Shown here: in pieces, positions 21,222 through 30,556 of the stretch
Position numbering within the stretch: position 1 is the first letter of the stretch
How the letters are laid out: every line of letters starts with the position of its first letter
Origin: Meiothermus sp.
GTDB taxonomy: Bacteria; Deinococcota; Deinococci; Deinococcales; Thermaceae
Assembly (NCBI GenBank): GCA_033762915.1
Contig: JANRLD010000075.1
Coordinates: 14,276-78,275, forward strand
Length of the DNA: 64,000 bases
Direction: 5' to 3'
Translations under genes and position numbers: made by a program
Notes under the pieces: model-generated
Told to the model about the DNA's origin: nothing
Seen by the model: only the letters and a program-made list of their open reading frames with translations
Database searches by the model: none

Positions 21222-22691
21222 ATGAAGCAGTGGATCGCAAAAACCGGGTTGGCGGGAATGTTGGCGGTATTGGCAGCCTGCGGCAGCAGTGTTGGGGTTC
21301 CAACCCCTGAAGTAGAAAACCAGCTCGAAGCAGGGTTGGTGGGAGCGATGGCGGCAGGGGATTTGGATCTTGGATTTTTAGGCACAGGAAAGCTGGAAGT
21401 GGGTTGGTCGGGATGGGAGAGTAGGGCTAAAGGAATGGCGGTAGACCCTCTGAACAATGAGGTGGTAATTGTAGGCACCCAATTCGACCCGGCGACCGGC
21501 AATGAACGTATCGCCCTGACTCGAGTCAACCCTAATGGCAGCTTGGCAGGTGGGTTTGATGGAGACAACACCATGCCCGGTTTTCCCGGCAATGGCAAAG
21601 TAACCACAGACATTCCTGGGGTGAGCGAAGAAAACGTCCGGGCTGTTGCCATTGACCCCTATTCCCGAAAAATCGTGGTGGTCGGCTCTGTCTATAATTT
21701 GAACAACCGTACCGATGTATTCGTGGCCCGCTATAACCCCGACGGTACGCTCGATGCTTCTTTTGGCAGCGCGGCTACGGGCATCGTTGTAACATCGGTT
21801 TCACTCTATGACGATTGGGCCGCAGATGTAGCAATCATCGCCAGTACTACAGGTGATGGAAAGATTCTGGTGGCTGGTGGCACAGATATGAACGGTAGCG
21901 ACGACTTTTTGCTGATGCGCTACAATGCCAACGAGAACCTCTCGAGCTTTGGCTCCACGGGCAACGGGATCGTCACCACCTCCTTCACCAGCACCGACGA
22001 CTCGGCGGTGGCTGTAGCGATCCTTAGCAGCGGTAACATCGTGCTGGGCGGTACCAACGGCGACCTGGACTTTGCCCTAGCCCAGTACACCCCAGATGGG
22101 TTGCTCGACGTCAACTTCGACGGGGACCTCGCCATGCCGGGGTATCCGGGCAACGGCAAGGTGACCGCCCGCATAGCCCCCCTGCGCGGCATTGACGTGG
22201 CCACCGACATTACTGTTGGCGGGCAGGGTCGCATTTCGATGTCGGGCTGGACGGAGCTGAGCGTGGGAACCTACCAGTTTGCGCTGCTGCGCTTCAATAG
22301 CAACGGCACCCTCGACACCGGTTTTGATGGCGATGTTGGTATGGTGGGCTATCCCGGCAACGGTAAGGTTCGGCTGCCCATTGGCTCGAGCGCCAAAGCA
22401 AACGCCCTAATGTGGGACGGCTCGAGCCGCTTGGTGGTGGTTGGGGAAAGCTTTGGGATAAACGGCACCGATAAAGAGTTTGTGGTGACCCGCTTCAACA
22501 ACAACGGTTCCCTCGATACCACGTTCTCCGCCAACGGTGCATTGGCCGGTATCAAACATACCGACTGGAGCAGCACCGACGAGGAATCTGCGGTAGCAGT
22601 AGCGTTTGCTAATAGCGGAAAAATCTGGGTGGCGGGTACTGTATCTATTAACAGTTTGGTCAGCTTTGGTTTAGCCCGCTACGAAAACTAA
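21222..22691 (+). CDS. Lipoprotein with delta-60 (DUF5122-like) beta-propeller repeats
   Basis: Lipobox LAAC; repeats KIVVVG..ARYNPDGTLDASFG. Confidence 0.85.
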   Translation: MKQWIAKTGLAGMLAVLAACGSSVGVPTPEVENQLEAGLVGAMAAGDLDLGFLGTGKLEVGWSGWESRAKGMAVDPLNNEVVIVGTQFDPATGNERIALTRVNPNGSLAGGFDGDNTMPGFPGNGKVTTDIPGVSEENVRAVAIDPYSRKIVVVGSVYNLNNRTDVFVARYNPDGTLDASFGSAATGIVVTSVSLYDDWAADVAIIASTTGDGKILVAGGTDMNGSDDFLLMRYNANENLSSFGSTGNGIVTTSFTSTDDSAVAVAILSSGNIVLGGTNGDLDFALAQYTPDGLLDVNFDGDLAMPGYPGNGKVTARIAPLRGIDVATDITVGGQGRISMSGWTELSVGTYQFALLRFNSNGTLDTGFDGDVGMVGYPGNGKVRLPIGSSAKANALMWDGSSRLVVVGESFGINGTDKEFVVTRFNNNGSLDTTFSANGALAGIKHTDWSSTDEESAVAVAFANSGKIWVAGTVSINSLVSFGLARYEN

Positions 22692-22704
22692 ACACCAACC
22701 TTCG

Positions 22705-22741
22705 AACCCCTCGAGAGCCTCCCTCGAGGGGGTTTTTCTTT
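22705..22741 (+). terminator. Intrinsic terminator
   Basis: CCCCTCGAG..CTCGAGGGG followed by T-run. Confidence 0.75.
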
Positions 22742-22752
22742 CTCCAAGCCCG

Positions 22753-22784
22753 TTAAGACCTCGTTAAGACCCCCTTTTCATACT
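22753..22784 (+). promoter_or_regulatory. SARP-type site: TTAAGAC x2 + -10 CATACT
   Basis: Heptamers at 22753 and 22764; 8 bp to -10. Confidence 0.75.
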
Positions 22785-22838
22785 CGGACTATCCAAAATC
22801 AGCAATGTCTTTCAAGCGTTGCTGTTAGGGAGGTGTGT

Positions 22839-23708
22839 ATGAAACAGTTTATGTACAGTTTAGTGGCTCTGGTTGCGGTGTTGGCCTTGGCGGCTTGTGG
22901 TTCTTCGGGTGGAAGTAACACGGCGGGCTTCAACGACATTGGGGAGGACTTTGCCGAGGACATGGATGCGGCGATAGATGACTTTACCTTTGCCGGGGCC
23001 ACCACCCCCAGGGCTTCAGCCGCTTCGGTGGAATCACAGGCCCTGCCCGCCTGCGTCAGCGTCAGCCCCAATCCGCCCGCCGATGCCGACGGCGACGGAA
23101 TGCCCAACCAGGCCACCCTCACCTTCACCAACTGCACCCGCGTTGGGGGTGCGGGGGCGGTATGGACGCTCAACGGCAGCCGCATCTTTAGCGATCCCGA
23201 CGGAAATTCGGCCACCAATACCACATCCGGTTTTGACATGCAGATCGTCACTCCGGGTTTTGTGTTCGAGAAACGCACTCCCGGCGGGACGCTGATCAAA
23301 AAGATGACCCGCAACGGCCTCCGCTCCCCACGCCTCAACGCCGGAACCATCCGCTTCCAGCACACCCTGACCACCTTTGTCGAGCGCCCCACAGGCCAGC
23401 CCGCCACCAACATCAACAATCTGCTGTTGGTCTTCACCCCCGCAGCCGGACAGGTCATTGCCCTCAATCAGCCTCTGCCCGACGGCAGTGTGAACATCAC
23501 CGGTAGCTTCTCTCACACCCGTGGGGCCACCAACTACAGCGTCAATGTGAGTACCCCCACCGCCCTACAGCACAGCGCAGCCTGTGCCAGCCAGCGCTTT
23601 GTGGCGGGTCAGCTGCGGCTGGTCTTCGCAGGTACCGGCCCGTCGGGAAACCTGGACATCACCTTCAACGCCTGCGGAACTGCGCCAACCTTGGTATTTA
23701 CCCCATAA
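22839..23708 (+). CDS. Beta-rich lipoprotein
   Basis: Lipobox LAAC; DADGDG loop; SD GGAGGT. Confidence 0.8.
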   Translation: MKQFMYSLVALVAVLALAACGSSGGSNTAGFNDIGEDFAEDMDAAIDDFTFAGATTPRASAASVESQALPACVSVSPNPPADADGDGMPNQATLTFTNCTRVGGAGAVWTLNGSRIFSDPDGNSATNTTSGFDMQIVTPGFVFEKRTPGGTLIKKMTRNGLRSPRLNAGTIRFQHTLTTFVERPTGQPATNINNLLLVFTPAAGQVIALNQPLPDGSVNITGSFSHTRGATNYSVNVSTPTALQHSAACASQRFVAGQLRLVFAGTGPSGNLDITFNACGTAPTLVFTP

Positions 23709-23725
23709 GGTCTTAACAACCCTCG

Positions 23726-23750
23726 AGGCGGCCTGCGGGCCGCCTTTTTG
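23726..23750 (+). terminator. Intrinsic terminator
   Basis: AGGCGGCC TGCG GGCCGCCT TTTT. Confidence 0.75.
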
Positions 23751-23805
23751 TGCTGAGGTCGGAGTACACCGCCTCAAGCGCGGTTTTTCTATACAATCAA
23801 TTGTA

Positions 23806-26800
23806 ATGAAAGTACGACTTCGCCTGCTGGGTGCGCCTCGCCTCGAGGCGGACGGGGCGGTTTCCGACCTTCCTCTGGATCGCCCGGCCTCGCTGGGCTA
23901 CTACCTCGCCCAGCGGGGCGACTGGGTTCGGCGCGGCGAACTGGCCTACCTCTACAGCCCAGAGGCCGACGAGTCTTTGGCCGCCAGCAACCTGCGTAAG
24001 CTGGTCTACCGGCTGCGCCAGCAGGGTTGGGCAGAGGACCTCGAGGCCGAACCCTCGCGGCTGCGCCTTCAGATACCCAGCGATGTGCGGGCCTTTCGCG
24101 ACGCCCTAGAGCGCCGGGACTGGCCCACGGCCCTCGAGCTGTACACAGGGCCGTTCCTCGAGGGGCTGGCCTTCCCCGACTTGGGCGGCTACGACGCCTG
24201 GCTGGAGCTAGAGCGCCAGGACCTGTCGCGGGCCTGGCGCACTGCATTGCTGGAGCAGGTGGGGCAGCTCGAGGGCCAGTCCGACTGGGCCGGGGCCGAG
24301 CGTTGGCTGAGACAGCTGCACAAGGCCGAGCCGCTGGACGAGGAAGGGGTGCAAGCCCTGATGCGGGTCTTGCGCGCAGCGGGCAGACCGGGGCAGGCCC
24401 GCGAGGTATTCGATCGGTTCCGCCGCGAGCTGGGGGCCGAGCTGGGAGCCGAGCCGCTCGAGGCCACTCGAGCCCTGGCCGAAAGCCTGCGCATAGGGGG
24501 CGCGGCGGCCCACGAGCCACCCCGCCCTGCCCACAATTTGCCGGCCGCCGGCACCCGCTTTGTGGGGCGCAAGCGCGAACTCGAGGCGCTCTCGCGTCAG
24601 CTCGCCAACCCGGACTGCCGCCTCCTGACCCTGGTGGGCCTTGGGGGAATCGGGAAGACCCGGCTAGCCTTGGAGCTGGCCACCCAGCAGATCGAGAGCT
24701 TCGCGGATGGCGTATGGCTGGTGCCCCTCGCGGGGGTCTCGGGGCCGGAGATGTTGGTCTCGAGCCTGGCCTCGGCGCTGGGGCTGGTGTTCAGCGGGCC
24801 CAGCGACCCCCAGGTGCAGCTGCTCAACTATCTGCGGGGCAAGGAGTCCCTGCTGGTCCTGGATAACTTCGAGCACCTGCTCGAGGGCGGCCTGCTGCTG
24901 GAGGAGCTGCTGGCCCAGGCCCCAAAGCTCAGGCTCCTGGTCACCTCGCGGGTGGCCCTCGAGACCCCCAGCGAGTGGCTTTACGACCTCGAGGGCTTGA
25001 CCTACCCACCCCAGGGCACCGACCAGGACCTCGACGGCTTCGACGCGGTACGCCTGTTTGTGGGCCGGGCCGAGCGGCTTTCCAACCGCTTTGTGCTCAC
25101 CCCGGTCACCCTCGAGGCCGTCGCCGAGCTGACCCGCCGGGTGCAGGGCCTGCCGCTGGCCCTGGAGCTGGCCGCGACCTGGGTTCGGGGCTTGAGCGTG
25201 GGGGAGATCCTGGCCCAGTTGGAGCGGGGCTTCGGACCCCTGCAGTCTGATCAGCCGGGCCTGCCCGAGCGCCAGCGCAGCCTCCAGGCCATCCTCGAGT
25301 ACTCCTGGCGGCTCCTTTCCGAGGGCGAGCAGGCTGTGCTGGCAAGGCTCTCGGTGTTCCGGGGCGGCTTCACCCTCGAGGCCGCCCAGCACGTGGCAGG
25401 GGCGCACTTGGGGCTGCTACTGCGCTTCATCAACCAAGCCCTGGTGCGGCGCGACGAGGACGGGCGCTACGACATGCACGAGCTGGTGCGCCAGTTCGCG
25501 GCGGGGAAGCTCGAACCTTCGGATCATGCCGCTGTTTTGGAGAAGTTCAGCGGCTACTTCTATGAGCAGTTGCAGACCTGGGGACGGGTGTTCAGGGGTG
25601 AGATTCAGCCCGACACAGTCGAGCAGTGTCGCCGGGAACTGGGCAATCTCTTCTCGGCTTTGGGTCATCTGGCGGCATCCGGCGAGGCAACAAGGCTGAG
25701 GAGCGCTCTCGCGGACTTTTATCCGGTAATCGAGATCCTGGGTCTGTTCAAGAACGGCATCCTCGTACTGGACATGGTTGGTGAGGCTCTCGAAACTACC
25801 CAGTGTTCTGACCAAGGTTTGTGGGGAGCGCTCGAGGCGGTTAAGAGCTATTTTCAAATTAAGGTTGGCAAAGACGAAGACTCTAAAGCCATGGCCGAGG
25901 CCAGTATGGCCCGCCTGGAGCCTGTAGGGTCTTCAGTCTTTTTGGGTGTGGCCCAGTACACCACTGCCATGTACCACCACTTTGGTGGAGCCCTCGTTCA
26001 GGCCAAGCTCTGGTACGAGAAAGCCCTGACGACCTTCGAGGCGGTTGGAGGCCAGTCGGAGCGGTGCCGTGTGCTGAACCGGATCGCCGTCGTGATGAAG
26101 CAGATGGAGCGCTACGAGGAGTCGAATCGTTACTTCGAACAGGCGTTGGCCCTATCCGTCGAAATAGGCGATCTGTCCGAACGTGGCATCATCCTAAACA
26201 ATTACGGGATTAACTTCGAGTCCCTTGGCCAGATAGATAAGGCTATTGAGATGTACGAGGAGAGCCTGCGCATCTGTGAGCGCGTGAACTACCAACGGGG
26301 GAGGTCGGCTGCCCTCACCAACCTTGGGCACATTCATGAGCGCCGCAGGGAGCACAAGCAAGCCAAAGAGTACTACCAGCGAAGCCTCGAGATAAAGCGG
26401 GTCTTGGGAGAGCCGATTCCTCTGGCCATCTCTTTGATCAATCTCGCCGATGTCCAGTATGCCCTCGGCGAGGACGAGGCAGGGCATCAGGCCAACTGGC
26501 TGGCCCTCAATCACATCCTCGAGGCCAATGCGCTGATGTACGCTGCCCGCTCGCTCTGGTCTTTTTGCAAGTTTTTCTCCGAGAGGGATGCCCTCGACTC
26601 CGCTTGCTTCCTGGCGTACTTCCTATACGCCTCATCCGAATGTGAGCAATGGGTTCGAGATGAGGCCGACGAGTTCATTGCCCGTCATTCTGGCGGCCTC
26701 AACACATCCCAGCTGCAGCAAATCAGGCAGCAGGCTGAGGGTAAAACTTATCAACAAATTGCCGATTGGGTCAGAGGAGCGGTCGCATCTTTAGCCTCTC

Positions 26801-26820
26801 AACCACAGAGGCGGGCCTAA
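23806..26820 (+). CDS. AfsR-like regulator: SARP/BTAD + NB-ARC (STAND) + TPR
   Basis: LRLLG, ALELYTGPFLEG, FVGRKREL, GLGGIGKTRLA, LLVLDNFEHL, GLPLALELAA, MHELVRQF, TPRs. Confidence 0.93.
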   Translation: MKVRLRLLGAPRLEADGAVSDLPLDRPASLGYYLAQRGDWVRRGELAYLYSPEADESLAASNLRKLVYRLRQQGWAEDLEAEPSRLRLQIPSDVRAFRDALERRDWPTALELYTGPFLEGLAFPDLGGYDAWLELERQDLSRAWRTALLEQVGQLEGQSDWAGAERWLRQLHKAEPLDEEGVQALMRVLRAAGRPGQAREVFDRFRRELGAELGAEPLEATRALAESLRIGGAAAHEPPRPAHNLPAAGTRFVGRKRELEALSRQLANPDCRLLTLVGLGGIGKTRLALELATQQIESFADGVWLVPLAGVSGPEMLVSSLASALGLVFSGPSDPQVQLLNYLRGKESLLVLDNFEHLLEGGLLLEELLAQAPKLRLLVTSRVALETPSEWLYDLEGLTYPPQGTDQDLDGFDAVRLFVGRAERLSNRFVLTPVTLEAVAELTRRVQGLPLALELAATWVRGLSVGEILAQLERGFGPLQSDQPGLPERQRSLQAILEYSWRLLSEGEQAVLARLSVFRGGFTLEAAQHVAGAHLGLLLRFINQALVRRDEDGRYDMHELVRQFAAGKLEPSDHAAVLEKFSGYFYEQLQTWGRVFRGEIQPDTVEQCRRELGNLFSALGHLAASGEATRLRSALADFYPVIEILGLFKNGILVLDMVGEALETTQCSDQGLWGALEAVKSYFQIKVGKDEDSKAMAEASMARLEPVGSSVFLGVAQYTTAMYHHFGGALVQAKLWYEKALTTFEAVGGQSERCRVLNRIAVVMKQMERYEESNRYFEQALALSVEIGDLSERGIILNNYGINFESLGQIDKAIEMYEESLRICERVNYQRGRSAALTNLGHIHERRREHKQAKEYYQRSLEIKRVLGEPIPLAISLINLADVQYALGEDEAGHQANWLALNHILEANALMYAARSLWSFCKFFSERDALDSACFLAYFLYASSECEQWVRDEADEFIARHSGGLNTSQLQQIRQQAEGKTYQQIADWVRGAVASLASQPQRRA

Positions 26821-26847
26821 TCTTGGGGCAAAGACTAAGCGTTTTCA

Positions 26848-26992
26848 TAGTTGCAATATGGAATGTCGCCCGACAGCTGCCGCAGGGAATTGCGTCTCGA
26901 GTAGCCGCTTTGCGGCTATGGCGTACTTTATTCCGCTCTGGGACGTACTTACCGCTTCTGCAGATACTGCACTTCTACCCTCGCTTAGAACT
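26848..26992. repeat. MITE-like dispersed repeat, long copy
   Basis: Alignable over its length with 34804-34946. Confidence 0.7.
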
Positions 26993-27013
26993 CCCGAGCC
27001 GCTTGAAGTAATT

Positions 27014-27045
27014 GGAACGCCAGTGGAACGCCCAGTCTACAAACT
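27014..27045 (+). promoter_or_regulatory. Second-family SARP-type site: GGAACGC x2 + -10 CAAACT
   Basis: Heptamers at 27014 and 27025; 8 bp to -10; ATG 6 nt after -10. Confidence 0.7.
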
Positions 27046-27051
27046 GGGGTC

Positions 27052-27255
27052 ATGACAGTTGATAAGGTTCACTCGAGCTATATCCTTCGATTGACCCAGC
27101 GCCTGAGTCGGCTGACCTTCGAGCTGCACGACGTGCGCAGCGGCCAAACCCACCAGTTCGATAGCCCCAAAGCCCTCTCGAGCTACCTCGAGCTGGCTCT
27201 GGAGGCCCAGTTCCGCGACACCACGCTTCCCAGCACTTCGAACGGGGGGAGCTAG
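27052..27255 (+). CDS. Small protein (SYILRL..LHDVRSGQTHQFDS.KAL..YL), putative regulator partner
   Basis: Leaderless geometry; resembles small ORFs I recall next to BTAD-STAND regulators. Confidence 0.7.
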   Translation: MTVDKVHSSYILRLTQRLSRLTFELHDVRSGQTHQFDSPKALSSYLELALEAQFRDTTLPSTSNGGS

Positions 27256-27348
27256 GGGATGTGGGTATGTGAAGGACGGGGCGGCGGGAAGCCTGTTTTT
27301 GGGCTGAACTATGCGTTCGACGGCCGGTGGATTTTGGGACAGAGCTTG

Positions 27349-27380
27349 TTAAGAGCTTGTTTAGACCCCTCGAGGAAACT
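27349..27380 (+). promoter_or_regulatory. SARP-type site: TTAAGAG/TTTAGAC + -10 GAAACT
   Basis: Heptamers at 27349 and 27360; 8 bp to -10. Confidence 0.7.
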
Positions 27381-27428
27381 CTTTCTAACCCAGGCGCCGG
27401 AACGGCGCGCAGCGGCGGAGGTAAGGCG

Positions 27429-30284
27429 ATGAAGACGATCATTCGGGCAGGGTATGTCGCGGCAATCTTGACCTTGGCAGCATGTGGGGGCGGCGCTCCT
27501 ACGGCGCTCCCCAGCGAACTCGATGAGCTAATTTCGGCCGCCGGCGAGGCCGACGCCGAGGTGCGGCTCGAGGTGCTCAAAAGTTACCAGCCCGCCACCA
27601 TCACCACCCAGTTCAACCCCGAGATCGGGGGGCAGACGGTATACGAGGTGGCGGGCACCACCCCCGGCGGTAAGCCCTTCAAGGCGGTGCTGCTGGGCGA
27701 CGAGGGCATCGACTTGGCCGAGTTTCGTGCCAACGCGCGGATACAGGCCCGGCTGCGGCGCATTCAGGGCCAGACCGTGCTGGCGGGCCGGATGATCCCC
27801 ACCGGGCCGCTGGCCGGGCAGAACCCCATCGCCTTTGTGGCTGCCGGTCAGAACGTCCGATTCAGCGGCCCCGAGGCGGGCAGCGTCTACCAGTTGCAGG
27901 GCGTGGCCGACTTTAAGGGCGTGTGCGCCGAAAACGGCCTTAGCGGTTCGTACAGCTTCAAACAGGGCAACGCCGAGATGGCGGGTGCCCTGACCGGCCT
28001 GCGCGAGCGCGGCAAGGCCACAGCTTGCGCGGCTGGAGCAGTGGACGGCCAGCTGCCGGTAGCCCTCAGCTACACCGCCGTCGAGACCCACATGGGCATC
28101 ATCTTTGCGCTACAGGGCAGCTTGGTCGTGGGGGCGGGCGGCAGCGGCCTGGGCGCGCAGGCCGCGGCGCCGATGCCCTCCCAGGGTCTGGCCATCCCCA
28201 CCGCCACCCTGCCCCCCACCACCCTGCGGGCCACCTCCACCCTTAAGACGAACGTAAAGCAGCTGGGTGGCAGTTCGGGGGCCGAGTTGGTCAGCTTCAG
28301 CGCCACCACCGGAACCCTGATCTTCAACCGTCTGACCGGCAACCTGAGCAGCCTGTTGGTCAACGACATCATCACTTCGGCCCCCCGCACCAACGCCCCC
28401 AACGGCTTTCTGAGAAAGGTAACTCAGATTCGCAACACCAGCGACGGCAAGGTCGAGGTGCGCACCTCCAAGGCCCTCGCCGCCGACCTGCTCGATGAGG
28501 CTGACATCAGTGTGGATCAGCCGTTCGACTCGGCCGACGCGCAGCGGGCCTCGGCCCTCGAGCAAGGCCAGGTCGTTTATGCCGCCGCCCAGAACGGCCC
28601 CTCGGCACAGGCCATGATTCGGCAGAACTTCAACCTGGTGCTCTACGACCAGGACGACAACCGAAGCACCACCGATGACCAGATCGTGGTCAGTGGCAAC
28701 TTCCAGGTCACCCCCAGGGTGGTGATTGACTTCAAGTGCCGGCGGTCCTTCTGCTCCGACCCATACTTTTTGGGCAAATTCGTGCTCGACGAGGAAGCCG
28801 AAATCAACGTCAGCGCCAAGCTGAAGAAGGAACTGCGCGAGTCCAAGCAGATCGTCCGTATCGCGCTCCCGGCCATTGTGGCAGGCCCGCTGGTATTTGT
28901 ACCGGACATTGTGGTGACGGTAGATGTGGAGGGCGTGGTGCGGGTCGAGGTGGAGGTGGGGGCCAAGCAAAGTTTGCGAATCGAGGCTGGGGTTAAGTAC
29001 GACGGCGGCTTCACCAAGATCAACGAGGTCACCACCAACGTCGATATCATCGGCCCCACCCTGCAAGGCAGCGTTGAGGTCAAGGCGGGCGTGTATGCGG
29101 CGCTGCGCCTGATGCTCTACGGTGTGGCGGGCGTCTCGGCGGAGGCCGGGCCGTATGCCAAGTTCGTGGCCCAATACCCCGCCCAGCCCTACTGGACGAT
29201 GCAGTACGGCATCGAGGGCAACCTGGGCGTTGATGTTGACCTAATCCTCTTCCGCAAAGAGTGGGACGTCAAGCTGTTTGATCGCGTCTTCAACGACAAG
29301 ACCAAGACCGCCCCCAACGAGCGCCCGCAGTTCCTCGAGATCGGCCCCAAGTACCTCTGTGACAACGGCTACGCCGCTCGAGGGGCCATCCCCATCGGTG
29401 GCGGGTTGTCCAACATCACCCTTATTGCCCTCACCGACGACAAAGAAGACGGCGCAGGCACCGGCACCATCGACTGGTCTTCCAGCCGCGACGGCTCGCT
29501 GGGCCGCACCCGCAAGGCCGACAAGCACACCCTCAACTACCCGCTCTCTAACGGCACGCACACCATCACCGCCGTCCTGACCGACAGCCAAGGGGCCACC
29601 CGTACCCGGGAGTTCCAGGTCTTGCTCTCGAACAGCCAATGCCAGTTCCCTGGTGGCTTCCCCAACGTGGACATCACCTCCGACGACAACCCCAACAACC
29701 TCCCCTTCGCCCCCATCGTCGCCATCGGGCTCGACCGCTCCCTGACCCTCACCGCCCGCGCTAACATGGGCGCCCTGGCCCTGTGCAGCCCGCAGATCAC
29801 CTGGAAGTCCAACCTCGAGAACCGCAACGCCGGGACTTCTACCGGGGTGATGCAGCAGGTCGGCACTCCGCCCCTCATCCAGCAAGTCTGTACCCACACT
29901 TTCACCAACGTCTACAAAAACCTCAGCCCCCAGACCATCACCGCCAAGCTCACCCACAACGGAATGACCGTAACCGACAGCATTGATGTGAGCGCGTTGA
30001 TACCCGTCATGCCCAGCCTGGGCGGTATCACCTTCACCGCCCCCAGCGCTTCCCGCTACATCTACGAGGGCGACCAGGTGTCCTTCAATGCAACCGGAAC
30101 CAACCCAGTCTGGAGTTCCAGCGTGGCCGCCGACAACATCAACGGGCGCACCGGCAACAGCGTAAACGCACGCTTCAACTCCATCGGCCCCCGTACCATC
30201 GTGGCCCGCATCGAGAACGGCCAGGGCGGGTTTATTTCCAAGAGCGTGACCGTCAATGTGCTGAGCGCCTTGGCGAAACCCTAA
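27429..30284 (+). CDS. Large multidomain lipoprotein with Ig/PKD-like C-terminal domains
   Basis: Lipobox LAAC; WSSSRDGSLG..GTHTITA; N-terminal domain similar to 30557 and 31430 proteins. Confidence 0.85.
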   Translation: MKTIIRAGYVAAILTLAACGGGAPTALPSELDELISAAGEADAEVRLEVLKSYQPATITTQFNPEIGGQTVYEVAGTTPGGKPFKAVLLGDEGIDLAEFRANARIQARLRRIQGQTVLAGRMIPTGPLAGQNPIAFVAAGQNVRFSGPEAGSVYQLQGVADFKGVCAENGLSGSYSFKQGNAEMAGALTGLRERGKATACAAGAVDGQLPVALSYTAVETHMGIIFALQGSLVVGAGGSGLGAQAAAPMPSQGLAIPTATLPPTTLRATSTLKTNVKQLGGSSGAELVSFSATTGTLIFNRLTGNLSSLLVNDIITSAPRTNAPNGFLRKVTQIRNTSDGKVEVRTSKALAADLLDEADISVDQPFDSADAQRASALEQGQVVYAAAQNGPSAQAMIRQNFNLVLYDQDDNRSTTDDQIVVSGNFQVTPRVVIDFKCRRSFCSDPYFLGKFVLDEEAEINVSAKLKKELRESKQIVRIALPAIVAGPLVFVPDIVVTVDVEGVVRVEVEVGAKQSLRIEAGVKYDGGFTKINEVTTNVDIIGPTLQGSVEVKAGVYAALRLMLYGVAGVSAEAGPYAKFVAQYPAQPYWTMQYGIEGNLGVDVDLILFRKEWDVKLFDRVFNDKTKTAPNERPQFLEIGPKYLCDNGYAARGAIPIGGGLSNITLIALTDDKEDGAGTGTIDWSSSRDGSLGRTRKADKHTLNYPLSNGTHTITAVLTDSQGATRTREFQVLLSNSQCQFPGGFPNVDITSDDNPNNLPFAPIVAIGLDRSLTLTARANMGALALCSPQITWKSNLENRNAGTSTGVMQQVGTPPLIQQVCTHTFTNVYKNLSPQTITAKLTHNGMTVTDSIDVSALIPVMPSLGGITFTAPSASRYIYEGDQVSFNATGTNPVWSSSVAADNINGRTGNSVNARFNSIGPRTIVARIENGQGGFISKSVTVNVLSALAKP

Positions 30285-30340
30285 AGGCATCCGGCTGAGA
30301 GCAGCGAATAGCCCAAATGCAACCGCCCGCTCTAGCGCCG

Positions 30341-30372
30341 TTAAGACCTTGTTTAGACCCCACTGGGAAACT
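30341..30372 (+). promoter_or_regulatory. SARP-type site: TTAAGAC/TTTAGAC + -10 GAAACT
   Basis: Heptamers at 30341 and 30352; 8 bp to -10. Confidence 0.75.
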
Positions 30373-30394
30373 GGGCTTAGCCAAGGGGGAAGCG

Positions 30395-30544
30395 ATGGAA
30401 CAGATTGTCAAAGTGCTGCTGGTGGCCGTGCTGTTGGTGCAAATGAAGGGCGCTCGAGCCGCCCCCGGCCCCAGCACCCTTACCCAAACCACCTACATCG
30501 GCGAAACCGAGAAGAACAACGAAACCAGGCACCGCAAGCCCTAA
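30395..30544 (+). CDS. 49-aa secreted peptide containing YIGETEKN
   Basis: SD-like AGGGGA, hydrophobic leader with ARA cleavage site, first ORF after a SARP-type promoter. Confidence 0.6.
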   Translation: MEQIVKVLLVAVLLVQMKGARAAPGPSTLTQTTYIGETEKNNETRHRKP

Positions 30545-30556
30545 AGGAGGAACACC

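Noticed and set aside
23708..23722. Single TTAAGAC heptamer on the minus strand
   Set aside because: No partner repeat at 11 bp and no -10 box at 8 bp.
27595..27625. TITTQFNPE as another CIS-protein snippet
   Set aside because: Resembles a QFNP motif of CIS tube-initiator proteins but is too short to support.
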